Below are positions 1 through 8,560 of a stretch of 39,177 nt of DNA, piece after piece. Both the position numbers and the translations under genes were made by a program. Source of the stretch: Bacteroidota bacterium (lineage in GTDB: Bacteria > Bacteroidota > Bacteroidia > M30B66). Where the stretch lies: the NCBI GenBank assembly GCA_947497195.1, contig CANMGM010000001.1, positions 1 to 39,177 on the forward strand. Reading direction: 5' to 3'. The notes below the pieces were generated by a model that saw only the letters and a program-made list of their open reading frames with translations, was not told the origin of the DNA and searched no databases. Position 1 is the stretch's first letter. The number at the start of each line of letters is the position of its first letter.

Positions 1-760
1 GATTGATTCTGTTTTGGACCCAGCTCTCCCCCATTCGGGTAGTGATCCATTCGCGCCTGCTCCAAAACTGATCTCCTGCAACTTTATCGACAGTGTCTAT
101 CAATTTAACATAACCAAGATTCGACAAAAATGATTCAACATCTTTTTTTACAGGTTGTCCTTTATACAGCGGAATTGCCTCAACCTCTAGCCAAATATTT
201 TTAATGGCATTGATTTTACTACCGGCACCACGTAGAACCATCAATTCTGCCCCCTGTACATCCATGTGCGCAAAATCGATTTGATCAATTTTTTCGCGTG
301 ATAGAAAGGTGTCGAGTTTAATCGTAGGAACCTTTATTTTATTTTTGAATTCAAGCCATTTGTAGGTATCCAAGGTTTTGTCGGGCGGAAGTAAGGAACT
401 GCTCTTATTTCCAAATTCCCAATCAACGTCTTTCCCATTAAATTCCTCAGGCTTTCCGGACGAAACATGAAATTCTGCTTCACCATCTTTATCCGACAAG
501 CAAATTTCAAACGCTTGCACATTAAATGCTTCGAATTCGGAAATGTTATTATGTATTAACTTGAGGTTAGATGGAATCGGTTCAAAACAGCATACCCGTG
601 CATTGGGAAATTGACGAGAATAGCGAATTGAACTTTCACCTTCACAGGCTCCAATGTCGAAAATTGATATATTTTCTTGCTTTTTAAAAAGTTCAGCCAA
701 CAATTTTTCCTGTAGTTGAAGCTCGTCGTTTAGAATTGCTTTTTTGCGATCGTATAGCAT
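1..760 (-). CDS. FkbM-family SAM-dependent methyltransferase, partial (C-terminus runs off the window)
   Basis: Not in the ORF track because there is no stop in the window. Manual minus-strand translation from ATG (758-760) is open to position 1: MLYDRKKAILNDELQLQEKLLAELFKKQENISIFDIGACEGESSIRYSRQFPNARVCCFEPIPSNL...IDFAHMDVQGAELMVLRGA. The FDIGAxxGExS, FEP.P and hMDVQGAEL.VL.G motifs are typical of FkbM methyltransferases. The listed ORF 334..522 is an out-of-frame artefact inside it. Confidence 0.8.
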   Translation of the reverse strand, partial: MLYDRKKAILNDELQLQEKLLAELFKKQENISIFDIGACEGESSIRYSRQFPNARVCCFEPIPSNLKLIHNNISEFEAFNVQAFEICLSDKDGEAEFHVSSGKPEEFNGKDVDWEFGNKSSSLLPPDKTLDTYKWLEFKNKIKVPTIKLDTFLSREKIDQIDFAHMDVQGAELMVLRGAGSKINAIKNIWLEVEAIPLYKGQPVKKDVESFLSNLGYVKLIDTVDKVAGDQFWSRREWITTRMGESWVQNRIN

Positions 761-783
761 TTAAACTCATTTTTAAGGAATTG

Positions 784-791
784 CAAACCTA
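784..791 (-). promoter_or_regulatory. Bacteroidetes -7 promoter element (TAggTTTG on minus strand)
   Basis: The plus strand reads caaaccta, which is TAGGTTTG on the minus strand. It lies 24 nt upstream of the FkbM ATG and matches TAnnTTTG. Confidence 0.4.
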
Positions 792-884
792 AGAATTATT
801 GGGATAAATGGTTTATGGGAACTTTAAAATCATTAAATGATATTTCGCTCTTCGATGTTGGATGAAATTCTATATTTTAACGCC

Positions 885-1931
885 ATGAAACGATTTGGCC
901 TGATAATTCTGCAAGCAATTCTATTCGTAGCAAATACAAATGCCCAAATCGGAGGGCAAAATATTTATCGCTTCATCAATCTCCCAAATTCTTCGCGAAT
1001 TTTAAGCATCGGTGGCGACAATGTCTCATTCCGCGATGAAGATCCGGCCATGGCCTATCTTAATCCGGCCTTACTGAATCCATCGATGAATAAATCGCTG
1101 CTGATGAGCTTTAGCGATTATTTCGCGGGGATTAATTACGGTTATGCTTCTTATGCGATGAATGCTGGCTCATTTGCCACACTTCATGCCGGTGTACAGT
1201 ATGTAAATTATGGGACCTTCGACCAGGCCGATAATACAGGAGAGATTACCGGCGAATTTACTGCAGGTGAGTATTGCTTTACTGCAGGTGCAGGCAAATC
1301 GATTGATTCATTGTTTTCAATCGGGGTTAATCTAAAGGCTATATCATCGCGTCTTGAGCAATATTCTTCGTTCGGAATGGCTATGGATGCCGGATTCTCC
1401 TACCTCAGCAAATCAAAACTCTTCGAAGCGGGGCTTGTTTTACGCAACCTGGGCTATCAATTTAGCACGTACACAACCGGGAACCGCGAGAAATTGCCAC
1501 TGGAGCTAACTGCAGGAATTTCAGGAAAACTAAAACACGTACCGCTTCGCTTGTCGCTTACGGCGCACAATCTACAACAACCCGATTTAAGTTTTCGGGA
1601 TCCATCTATACCGGAAGAAACAATTGATCCGCTTTCGGGCGATACCATTGTAGATAAAATATCGATCCCCAATAAAATAATGCGCCATGCTATTGTAGCC
1701 GCTGAACTAAGCATTGTAAAAGGCTTCACGGTCCGCATTGGATACAATTATCAGCGCAGACAAGAAATGAAGGTAGCATCGCGCATTGGCACGGTTGGAA
1801 TTTCGTGGGGCGTATCGGCCAAAATTTATAAATTCTCACTTTCGTACGGACGATCGGCGTATCATCTTGCCGGATCGCCCAATCAAATAACGGTTTCGGC
1901 CCGTCTGTCTGAGTTTTACACACGCAAATAA
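885..1931 (+). CDS. porQ: T9SS outer-membrane beta-barrel protein, PorQ-like
   Basis: ORF 837..1931; the likely start is M17 (ATG 885), which gives the signal peptide MKRFGLIILQAILFVANTNAQ. The mature N-terminus IGGQNIYRFINLPNSSRILSIGGDNVSF..DPAMAYLNPALL resembles PorQ/PorV-like FadL-type barrels and lacks the QQDPQFSQY motif of PorP/SprF. A C-terminal aromatic-rich beta-signal is present. The family call is from recollection, not a search. Confidence 0.6.
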   Translation: MKRFGLIILQAILFVANTNAQIGGQNIYRFINLPNSSRILSIGGDNVSFRDEDPAMAYLNPALLNPSMNKSLLMSFSDYFAGINYGYASYAMNAGSFATLHAGVQYVNYGTFDQADNTGEITGEFTAGEYCFTAGAGKSIDSLFSIGVNLKAISSRLEQYSSFGMAMDAGFSYLSKSKLFEAGLVLRNLGYQFSTYTTGNREKLPLELTAGISGKLKHVPLRLSLTAHNLQQPDLSFRDPSIPEETIDPLSGDTIVDKISIPNKIMRHAIVAAELSIVKGFTVRIGYNYQRRQEMKVASRIGTVGISWGVSAKIYKFSLSYGRSAYHLAGSPNQITVSARLSEFYTRK

Positions 1932-2647
1932 TGGGAGATCGTAAAATTACAATCGCGATTGATGGCTATTCTTCCTGCGGCAAATCCACGATCGCCCGTG
2001 CCATCGCCTCGAGGCTTTCCTACAATTATGTTGATACCGGGGCTATGTACCGCTCGGTAACGCTGTATGCGCTTCGCAATGGCTTAATCAATGGAAAAAT
2101 GCTCGATACTGATGGACTCGTCGACCAGCTCGATGCAATTCACATCGAATTTTCGTTCAACCCCGAGTCGCGTGTTTCGGAGGTTTTGCTGAACGGCGAA
2201 AATGTTGAACAACTCATTCGGCAAATGGACGTGAACGATTGGGTGAGTCAGGTGAGTGCTGTTGCCGAAGTGCGCAAAAAAATGGTTAAGCTGCAGCAAA
2301 AAATGGGACAAGGAAAAGGCATTGCAATGGATGGCCGCGATATCGGAACCGATGTTTTTCCGGATGCAGAACTTAAAATCTTTATGACAGCCGATCCTGA
2401 CGTACGTGCCAAAAGACGATTCGATGAATTGGAAACGAAAAAAATTCCGGCAAGTTTGGCCGATGTAAAGGCGAATTTATTGGCACGCGACCACGAGGAC
2501 ATGACACGCAAGGAAAGTCCTTTGCGCAAGGCGCACGATGCCATTACGCTCGACAATACGCACCTTAGCCGCGAACAACAGCTCGACTTCGTGTATGAGC
2601 TTGCCATAGGGTTGATTCACAAAAAGAAAAATGCTGTTGCAGGGTAA
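1931..2647 (+). CDS. cmk: cytidylate kinase
   Basis: P-loop ITIAIDGYSSCGKSTIARAIASRL, YVDTGAMYR and GRDIGTDVFPDAELKIF are classic Cmk motifs. The ATG overlaps the upstream TAA by 1 nt (TAATG). Confidence 0.95.
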   Translation: MGDRKITIAIDGYSSCGKSTIARAIASRLSYNYVDTGAMYRSVTLYALRNGLINGKMLDTDGLVDQLDAIHIEFSFNPESRVSEVLLNGENVEQLIRQMDVNDWVSQVSAVAEVRKKMVKLQQKMGQGKGIAMDGRDIGTDVFPDAELKIFMTADPDVRAKRRFDELETKKIPASLADVKANLLARDHEDMTRKESPLRKAHDAITLDNTHLSREQQLDFVYELAIGLIHKKKNAVAG

Positions 2648-2670
2648 ATTTTTCCACACTAAAATTTCTG

Positions 2671-2678
2671 TACATTTG
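2671..2678 (+). promoter_or_regulatory. Bacteroidetes -7 promoter element (TAcaTTTG)
   Basis: Exact TAnnTTTG match ending 5 nt before the ispH ATG (2684). Confidence 0.4.
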
Positions 2679-2683
2679 CCACT

Positions 2684-3571
2684 ATGGAAGTGACAATTGA
2701 TGTCAACTCCGGTTTCTGCTTTGGCGTTGTATTCGCCATTCAAATGGCAGAAGACGAGTTGAACCAGTCGGGGAGCCTTTATTGTCTGGGCGATATCGTC
2801 CACAACAACATGGAAGTTGAGCGCCTTGAAGCCAAGGGCTTGAAAATAATTAACCACGAACAATTCGCTCAATTATCGAATACCAAAGTGCTCATCAGAG
2901 CGCATGGCGAGCCCCCTGAGACGTATCGCACCGCAATTGAAAACAACATTGAATTGATTGATGCATCTTGTCCGGTGGTTTTAAAACTGCAAAATCGCAT
3001 TCGCAATGGCTATGAGCATGTTGGCGAAGGGCAGATTGTAGTTTACGGAAAAGAAGGGCATGCCGAAGTGAACGGCCTCGTAGGGCAAACAAATGGCAGA
3101 GCAATTATTGTTGAATCTGTAGATGATTTAGACAAACTCGATTATTCCAAACCCATCCAGTTTTTTTCGCAAACTACCCAACCAACGGAGGGATTCCGTG
3201 AGATGCGCGCCGAAATTGAACGCCGCATTGCAGAAGCAGGGGGCGATAATCCGCTTCAGTTGGAATCGAATGACACTTTATGCCGGCAAGTTTCGAACCG
3301 CGAACCACAACTACGCGAGTTTGCTTCAGCGCATGATGTTATTTTATTCGTTGCCGGAAAGAAAAGCTCAAATGGATGGGTATTATACAACGTGTGCAAG
3401 GAAGTTAATCCACAAACCTATTTTGTGTCTTCGTGGGATGAAGTAAATCTAGATTGGTTCGAAACAGAATCGCGCATCGGGATTTGCGGCGCAACTTCGA
3501 CACCAATGTGGCTCATGGAGGAGATTGCATCAAATCTGAAATCATCTGAAATGCAGAGCATAACAAATTAA
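2684..3571 (+). CDS. ispH: 4-hydroxy-3-methylbut-2-enyl diphosphate reductase
   Basis: 295 aa. SGFCFGV, RAHGEPPETY, IDASCPVV, GKEGHAEV and SSNG motifs, with the three conserved Fe-S Cys regions of IspH/LytB. Confidence 0.95.
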   Translation: MEVTIDVNSGFCFGVVFAIQMAEDELNQSGSLYCLGDIVHNNMEVERLEAKGLKIINHEQFAQLSNTKVLIRAHGEPPETYRTAIENNIELIDASCPVVLKLQNRIRNGYEHVGEGQIVVYGKEGHAEVNGLVGQTNGRAIIVESVDDLDKLDYSKPIQFFSQTTQPTEGFREMRAEIERRIAEAGGDNPLQLESNDTLCRQVSNREPQLREFASAHDVILFVAGKKSSNGWVLYNVCKEVNPQTYFVSSWDEVNLDWFETESRIGICGATSTPMWLMEEIASNLKSSEMQSITN

Positions 3572-3602
3572 ATCGATTTGTTATTCCGGTAAAAATAATT
3601 TT

Positions 3603-3610
3603 TACCTTTG
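3603..3610 (+). promoter_or_regulatory. Bacteroidetes -7 promoter element (TAccTTTG)
   Basis: Exact TAnnTTTG match 64 nt upstream of the rpsA ATG. Confidence 0.45.
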
Positions 3611-3673
3611 CAGCCCTTTGAAAATCAAAGGATGCCTTCGGGTATATTGTCTAACTAATCAATTATTGACGTA

Positions 3674-5578
3674 ATGTCAGAACTAAACCAGGATGCTCCT
3701 GAAACTACAGCAGTAGAAACTGTTGCAGTTGAGAAGGAATCCAAATCAACCAAAACCGCTACGGCAGCATCAATCAACGACTTCGATTGGGATTCCGTAG
3801 GTAAAAAATCAGCAACATATTCAAGCGCCGAGCGTGAGCGCATGGAAACGTTGTATGAAAAATCGCTCAGTTCAATTACCGAGCACGAAGTTGTTATGGG
3901 CTCAATTGTGTCGATGACTTCGAAAGATGCTGTTGTAAACATCGGATACAAATCTGATGGTATCGTGGCACTTTCTGAACTTCGCTACAATGCCGACATT
4001 AAAGTTGGCGACACCATTGAAGTGTACATCGAGAGTAAGGAAGACCGCGGTGGTCAGTTGTTGCTTTCGCATAAAAAAGCACGTTCGCTTAAATCTTGGG
4101 ATCGTGTAAATGAAGCCTTAGAAGGCGATGAAATCATCAAAGGTTTCGTTAAATGCCGCACCAAAGGAGGCCTTATCGTGGATGTATTCGGAATCGAAGC
4201 GTTCCTTCCGGGTTCGCAAATCGATGTGAAGCCAATCCGCGACTATGATGTATATGTTGGCAAATCCATGGAATTCAAAGTTGTGAAAATCAACAAGGAA
4301 TTCAAAAATGTAGTTGTTTCACACAAAGCGCTTATTGAAGAAGAGCTTGAAGCACAAAAAACTGAAATTATTTCGAAACTCGAAAAAGGTCAGGTCCTTG
4401 AAGGAACCGTTAAAAACATCACATCATATGGTGTATTTATCGACCTTGGTGGCGTAGACGGCTTGATTCATATTACTGACCTCAGCTGGGGTCGCATCAA
4501 CCATCCGGAAGAAATCGTTAAACTCGACGATAAAATCCAGGTGGTTATACTTGATTTCGATGAAGGCAAAAAACGTATCGCTCTTGGCCTGAAGCAGCTT
4601 ACTCCGCATCCGTGGGATAAGGTTGATTCAAACCTCAATGTAGGCGACAAGGTAAAAGGGAAAGTAGTTGTAATTGCAGATTACGGTGCATTCATCGAAA
4701 TTGAACCGGGCTTCGAAGGTTTGGTTCACGTTTCTGAAATGTCGTGGTCGCAACATTTACGTTCTGCACAAGATTTCCTCAAAGTAGGCGAAGAAGTGGA
4801 ATGTCTGGTACTAAGCATTGATCGTGAAGAGCGTAAAATGTCGCTTGGTATTAAGCAATTGATGCCGGATCCTTGGGAAGGTATTGAGACGAAATACCCT
4901 GTTGATTCGAAGCATACTGCGAAAGTGCGCAACTTCACCAATTTCGGTGTATTTGTTGAGCTCGAAGAAGGAGTAGATGGCTTAATCCACATCTCTGACC
5001 TTAGCTGGAACAAAAAAATCAAACACCCTAGTGAATTCACCAAAGTTGGCGATTCAATCGAGGTAGTTGTGCTTGACACTGACAAGGAAAATCGTCGTTT
5101 AAGTCTCGGGCATAAACAACTTGAAGAAAATCCATGGGATACATTTGAGACAGTATTTGGAGAAGGTTCTGTTCGCCAGGGAACGATTATCAGCATCAAC
5201 GATAAAGGTGCAGTGGTTACCCTACCATACGGAATCGAAGGATTTGCGCCAACTAAGCATCTTGCAAAAGCCGATGGTTCTGCAGTGAAGGTTGAAGATG
5301 TTCTTGATTTCAAGGTAATTGAGTTCTCGAAAGACAATAAAAAAATCATCGTTTCGCATGCCCGCACACACGAAGCCGAAAAACCATCGGACAAGGCCTC
5401 AGGGAAAGAAAAGGGAGAAGACGATACGAAAAAAGCCGTGAAGAAAATCAAGGATAATCTTGAGAAATCTACACTCGGCGATTTAAGTGTGCTTTCAGAT
5501 CTTAAGAACGAAATGGAGCAGAATGAAAAGAAAAAAGCTGCACCAAAAAAGAAAGCCGATGAAGGCGAAGAGGACTAA
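3674..5578 (+). CDS. rpsA: 30S ribosomal protein S1
   Basis: 634 aa with six tandem S1 (OB-fold) repeats (recurring G..V.G.V..I...G.F(V/I)(D/E)L....GL(I/V)H(I/V)S(D/E)(L/M)SW) and a Lys/Glu-rich C-terminal tail. Confidence 0.97.
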   Translation: MSELNQDAPETTAVETVAVEKESKSTKTATAASINDFDWDSVGKKSATYSSAERERMETLYEKSLSSITEHEVVMGSIVSMTSKDAVVNIGYKSDGIVALSELRYNADIKVGDTIEVYIESKEDRGGQLLLSHKKARSLKSWDRVNEALEGDEIIKGFVKCRTKGGLIVDVFGIEAFLPGSQIDVKPIRDYDVYVGKSMEFKVVKINKEFKNVVVSHKALIEEELEAQKTEIISKLEKGQVLEGTVKNITSYGVFIDLGGVDGLIHITDLSWGRINHPEEIVKLDDKIQVVILDFDEGKKRIALGLKQLTPHPWDKVDSNLNVGDKVKGKVVVIADYGAFIEIEPGFEGLVHVSEMSWSQHLRSAQDFLKVGEEVECLVLSIDREERKMSLGIKQLMPDPWEGIETKYPVDSKHTAKVRNFTNFGVFVELEEGVDGLIHISDLSWNKKIKHPSEFTKVGDSIEVVVLDTDKENRRLSLGHKQLEENPWDTFETVFGEGSVRQGTIISINDKGAVVTLPYGIEGFAPTKHLAKADGSAVKVEDVLDFKVIEFSKDNKKIIVSHARTHEAEKPSDKASGKEKGEDDTKKAVKKIKDNLEKSTLGDLSVLSDLKNEMEQNEKKKAAPKKKADEGEED

Positions 5579-5596
5579 TTGGTAATACTTATTTCG

Positions 5597-5633
5597 AAAG
5601 GCGCTGATGGATTTTCCTGAAGCGCCTTTTTTT
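5597..5633 (+). terminator. rho-independent terminator after rpsA
   Basis: Stem aaaggcgct (5597-5605) pairs with agcgccttt (5621-5629) around a 15-nt loop. It runs into a T7 tract (5627-5633), 19 nt after the rpsA stop. Confidence 0.75.
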
Positions 5634-5651
5634 ATGCCCGAAATCAATATG

Positions 5652-5659
5652 TATATTTG
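5652..5659 (+). promoter_or_regulatory. Bacteroidetes -7 promoter element (TAtaTTTG)
   Basis: Exact TAnnTTTG match ending 7 nt before ATG 5667. It lies after the rpsA terminator, which supports the shorter pyrR start. Confidence 0.45.
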
Positions 5660-5666
5660 TTCCGAA

Positions 5667-6212
5667 ATGAATTCTACCCGACAGATTCTCGACAAAGACC
5701 GCTTTAACCTAGTATTGCTTCGTCTTTGTTATGAACTCATCGAAAATCACGATGCATTTGAGCAGACGGTGCTTGTAGGTTTGCAACCAAGAGGGGTGAT
5801 GCTAGCACGCCGCATGCGCAAAGAACTGGAGCGCTTGCTGCATAAGGAGATTACCTATGGTGAGTTGGATATTACGTTTTACCGCGACGATTTTAAAACC
5901 AAGCCGTTAATTCCCAATACAACTCAGATGGATTTCATTACCGAGGGTAAAAAAGTGATCTTGGTAGATGATGTTTTGTTTACAGGAAGAAGTATTCGTG
6001 CCGGATTAGACGCTTTACAACAATTTGGACGCCCCGAAAAAGTAGAATTGCTCGTGTTGGTCGACAGGCGATGGAGCCGCGAAATCCCCGTTTCGCCCGA
6101 CTATGTAGGTATAACTGTCGATGCCGTTTTTGAAGAACGTGTGTCGCTGGTTTGGAGCGATTACGATGGTCCTGCCGAGGTTAACCTTTTATCCAAAACT
6201 ACCGATGAGTAA
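5667..6212 (+). CDS. pyrR: bifunctional pyrimidine regulatory protein / uracil phosphoribosyltransferase PyrR
   Basis: ORF 5607..6212 trimmed to M21, because the upstream part overlaps the terminator. PRPP-binding loop [16 protein letters not shown], plus ITFYRDD and [16 protein letters not shown], are typical PyrR. Confidence 0.9.
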   Translation: MNSTRQILDKDRFNLVLLRLCYELIENHDAFEQTVLVGLQPRGVMLARRMRKELERLLHKEITYGELDITFYRDDFKTKPLIPNTTQMDFITEGKKVILVDDVLFTGRSIRAGLDALQQFGRPEKVELLVLVDRRWSREIPVSPDYVGITVDAVFEERVSLVWSDYDGPAEVNLLSKTTDE

Positions 6213-7137
6213 AATGCTACGCGTAAAACATCTGTTGGGAATTAAGGATTTGCATCGTGAAGACATCGATTTGATTCTGCAAACCGCAGATACGTTTCTC
6301 GATGTAATCAATCGCCCCATTAAAAAAGTGCCATCGCTTCGCGACACCACCATTGTTAATTTGTTTTTTGAGAATTCTACACGCACACGGCTTTCATTTG
6401 AACTGGCCGAAAAGCGTCTGTCTGCCGATGTGCTAAATTTTACTGCTTCTTCCTCATCGGTTTCGAAAGGCGAAACACTTGTCGATACAGTGAATAATAT
6501 CCTCGCCATGAAGGTCGATATGGTGGTGATGCGGCATCCGCAGGCTGGAGCTGCAAAATTCTTATCGGAACGTGTCGATTCGGTGATTATAAATGCCGGA
6601 GACGGCGCACATGAACATCCAACCCAGGCCCTATTGGATGCATTCTCGATAAAGCGCAAATTGGGAACAATTGAAGGAAAAAGAGTCATGATAGTTGGCG
6701 ATATTCTGCACTCGCGCGTTGCATTATCGAATATTTTCTGTTTGCAAAAATTAGGAGCCGAAGTAGGAGTTTGCGGTCCACCAACACTTATTCCACGTTA
6801 TCTGAACGAATTGGGCGTGTATGTGGAAACCAACCTGCAAAAGGCTCTGCAATGGTGCGATGTAGTGAATATGCTGCGGATTCAACTCGAGCGTCAGGAT
6901 ATCCAATATTTCCCCTCAAATCGCGAGTATACAAAGCATTACCAGCTAAATGATAACCGCCTGAATGCACTCGACAAGAAAATTGTTGTGATGCATCCCG
7001 GACCAATAAATCGGGGAATAGAGATTACAAGTGATGTGGCCGATGGCCCTCATTCGGTAATACTAGACCAAGTCGAAAGTGGTGTGGCAGTGCGTATGGC
7101 CGTTTTGTATTTGCTTGCGGGAAGATCGGCTGATTAA
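6205..7137 (+). CDS. pyrB: aspartate carbamoyltransferase catalytic subunit
   Basis: ORF 6121..7137 trimmed to [16 protein letters not shown] (ATG 6205; ATG 6214 is also possible). STRTR, HPTQ, HSRV and HPGP(I/M)NRG motifs. Overlaps the pyrR 3' end by 8 nt. Confidence 0.93.
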   Translation: MSKMLRVKHLLGIKDLHREDIDLILQTADTFLDVINRPIKKVPSLRDTTIVNLFFENSTRTRLSFELAEKRLSADVLNFTASSSSVSKGETLVDTVNNILAMKVDMVVMRHPQAGAAKFLSERVDSVIINAGDGAHEHPTQALLDAFSIKRKLGTIEGKRVMIVGDILHSRVALSNIFCLQKLGAEVGVCGPPTLIPRYLNELGVYVETNLQKALQWCDVVNMLRIQLERQDIQYFPSNREYTKHYQLNDNRLNALDKKIVVMHPGPINRGIEITSDVADGPHSVILDQVESGVAVRMAVLYLLAGRSAD

Positions 7138-7176
7138 ATCTTAAGAAATTTATTTGTTGCGTTTGCAGAAATGTTG

Positions 7177-7184
7177 TAGGTTTG
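7177..7184 (+). promoter_or_regulatory. Bacteroidetes -7 promoter element (TAggTTTG)
   Basis: Exact TAnnTTTG match 16 nt upstream of the STAS gene ATG. Confidence 0.45.
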
Positions 7185-7200
7185 AACAAAGATTACAACC

Positions 7201-7575
7201 ATGAGTTTTTCGAAAGAAAAAACAGAACATTACACTATTGTGCGTCTTCATGCCGAGCGTTTAGACAGCATGAATGCGCCAGAACTTAAAGCCGAGTTTA
7301 CGCTGCTCGGAAGTGATGGCGTTGCCAACATAATTCTCGATCTTGAAAAAGTTCAATACTGCGATTCATCAGGCCTTTCTTCAATATTGGTCGGAAATCG
7401 TCTGTGTAAAAATGCCAATGGTTTATTGGTTTTGACCGGTGCCCAGCCTACTGTTAAAAAACTAATCACCATTTCGCAACTCGACAGCGTACTTAATATG
7501 GTTCCTACCGTGTCTGAAGCCATCGACTATTTGTTTATGGCCTCAATTGAAAATGATTTAAACGAAACCGAATAA
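7201..7575 (+). CDS. STAS-domain protein (anti-sigma-factor-antagonist fold)
   Basis: 124 aa. LDLEKVQYCDSSGLSSIL contains the DSSG(L) phospho-serine motif of SpoIIAA/RsbV-type STAS proteins. Confidence 0.85.
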   Translation: MSFSKEKTEHYTIVRLHAERLDSMNAPELKAEFTLLGSDGVANIILDLEKVQYCDSSGLSSILVGNRLCKNANGLLVLTGAQPTVKKLITISQLDSVLNMVPTVSEAIDYLFMASIENDLNETE

Positions 7576-7598
7576 TCCACAAACACAACACTAACACC

Positions 7599-8492
7599 AT
7601 GATTAAAAAACTACTTTCCATTGCTTTTTTCGCGCTTACTGTGCAGGCTGCATCAGCACAGTGTACACCAAATTCTGCTTACGCCGATAGCTCTTTCGGT
7701 GTTTGGCCCGACACAACCGAGAATTTACCATGTGCTTTTGGTGATGTGGCTGCTGGGTACAACGCAGTAATTGATATTAAAACACTAACAGATACCGCTG
7801 TTTCAGTAAGTTTAAGTGGCACCAATCTGGACGTAATTGCTTACATTGAAGCATTTCGGATCAATTCGGTTGATGGCTTGCCTTCAGGCTTTACATACAT
7901 TCCCAATCAATCTATATGGACCAATGGCGGGGCTTCACCAAGCTTTACGCCTGTTCAGGGTTGTGTGAGTATCATTTCCAATCAGGCAGCAATTCAGTCC
8001 ATCTTAACTGCAAATCCAAATGGCATTGATATTCCGTTTACTGTAGTTGTTGATGCTAAAGTTTCCAATACCAACAACCCACTTGCAAATTTATTGATAA
8101 ACAATGCATGGCTTTCTGAGCTATCGGCTGTTCCGGGCATCACTGCGATTTCTGTTCCGGGATACAAAATCCGTGTGCGAAATAGCGCTGCTGATGGATG
8201 TTTGCCTCTGGCTGTTGCACAAATTATTGAACCAGTTAGTGCAAAAGGAAATTTCCCTAATCCTTTCAATAAATCAACAAGCATTCAGTTCAACAGCGAT
8301 GCTGCTAAGACAATGAATCTTTCGGTTTCAAATATGATTGGCAAAGTGGTGTATTCTTCTAAAATTCAAGTTAATAAAGGAGAGAACACGGTAAACTTTA
8401 ATGCTGATCAATTAACTCCGGGTATTTATTTTTACACCATTGGTGATGGTAAAAACTCTGTTACCCGTCGCATGGTGATTGCATCAAACTAA
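7599..8492 (+). CDS. secreted protein of unknown function with T9SS type-A C-terminal sorting domain
   Basis: Signal peptide MIKKLLSIAFFALTVQAASAQ. The last ~82 aa (nt ~8244-8489), GNFPNPFNKSTSIQF...NMIGKVVYSS...LTPGIYFYTI....SVTRRMVI, match the Por secretion CTD. I do not recognise the N-terminal ~195 aa. Confidence 0.85.
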   Translation: MIKKLLSIAFFALTVQAASAQCTPNSAYADSSFGVWPDTTENLPCAFGDVAAGYNAVIDIKTLTDTAVSVSLSGTNLDVIAYIEAFRINSVDGLPSGFTYIPNQSIWTNGGASPSFTPVQGCVSIISNQAAIQSILTANPNGIDIPFTVVVDAKVSNTNNPLANLLINNAWLSELSAVPGITAISVPGYKIRVRNSAADGCLPLAVAQIIEPVSAKGNFPNPFNKSTSIQFNSDAAKTMNLSVSNMIGKVVYSSKIQVNKGENTVNFNADQLTPGIYFYTIGDGKNSVTRRMVIASN

Positions 8493-8523
8493 GTTATTTT
8501 GTTTTTGTTTCCATAATATCTTT

Positions 8524-8549
8524 AGCCCGTCCCACCGACGGGCTTTTTT
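8524..8549 (+). terminator. rho-independent terminator after the type-A cargo gene
   Basis: GC-rich 8-bp stem agcccgtc/gacgggct, 5-nt loop, then T6 (8544-8549). Confidence 0.8.
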
Positions 8550-8560
8550 ATTTAGTCACC

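Noticed and set aside
4726-5451. 241-aa ORF antisense to rpsA. Similar long antisense or off-frame ORFs include 15197..15838, 15486..16277, 6189..6689, 18704..19213, 29397..29894, 34431..34856, 35952..36434 and 36677..37141.
   Set aside because: Each lies wholly inside a gene with unmistakable family motifs. Their translations are low-complexity (Ser/Arg/Cys-rich) mirror images of the real frame and have no motifs or independent promoter signals. They look like ordinary shadow ORFs.
5607-5666. N-terminal extensions suggested by the ORF track for pyrR (5607), pyrB (6121), the porQ-like gene (837) and queE (36718).
   Set aside because: The extensions overlap a terminator hairpin or the upstream gene, add non-conserved residues ahead of well-known N-termini, and in two cases lie upstream of the -7 promoter box.
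5579-5666. Possible PyrR-binding attenuator upstream of pyrR-pyrB.
   Set aside because: The only hairpin is the rpsA terminator. No ARUCCAGAGAGGYU-like loop is visible, and the -7 box leaves essentially no leader.
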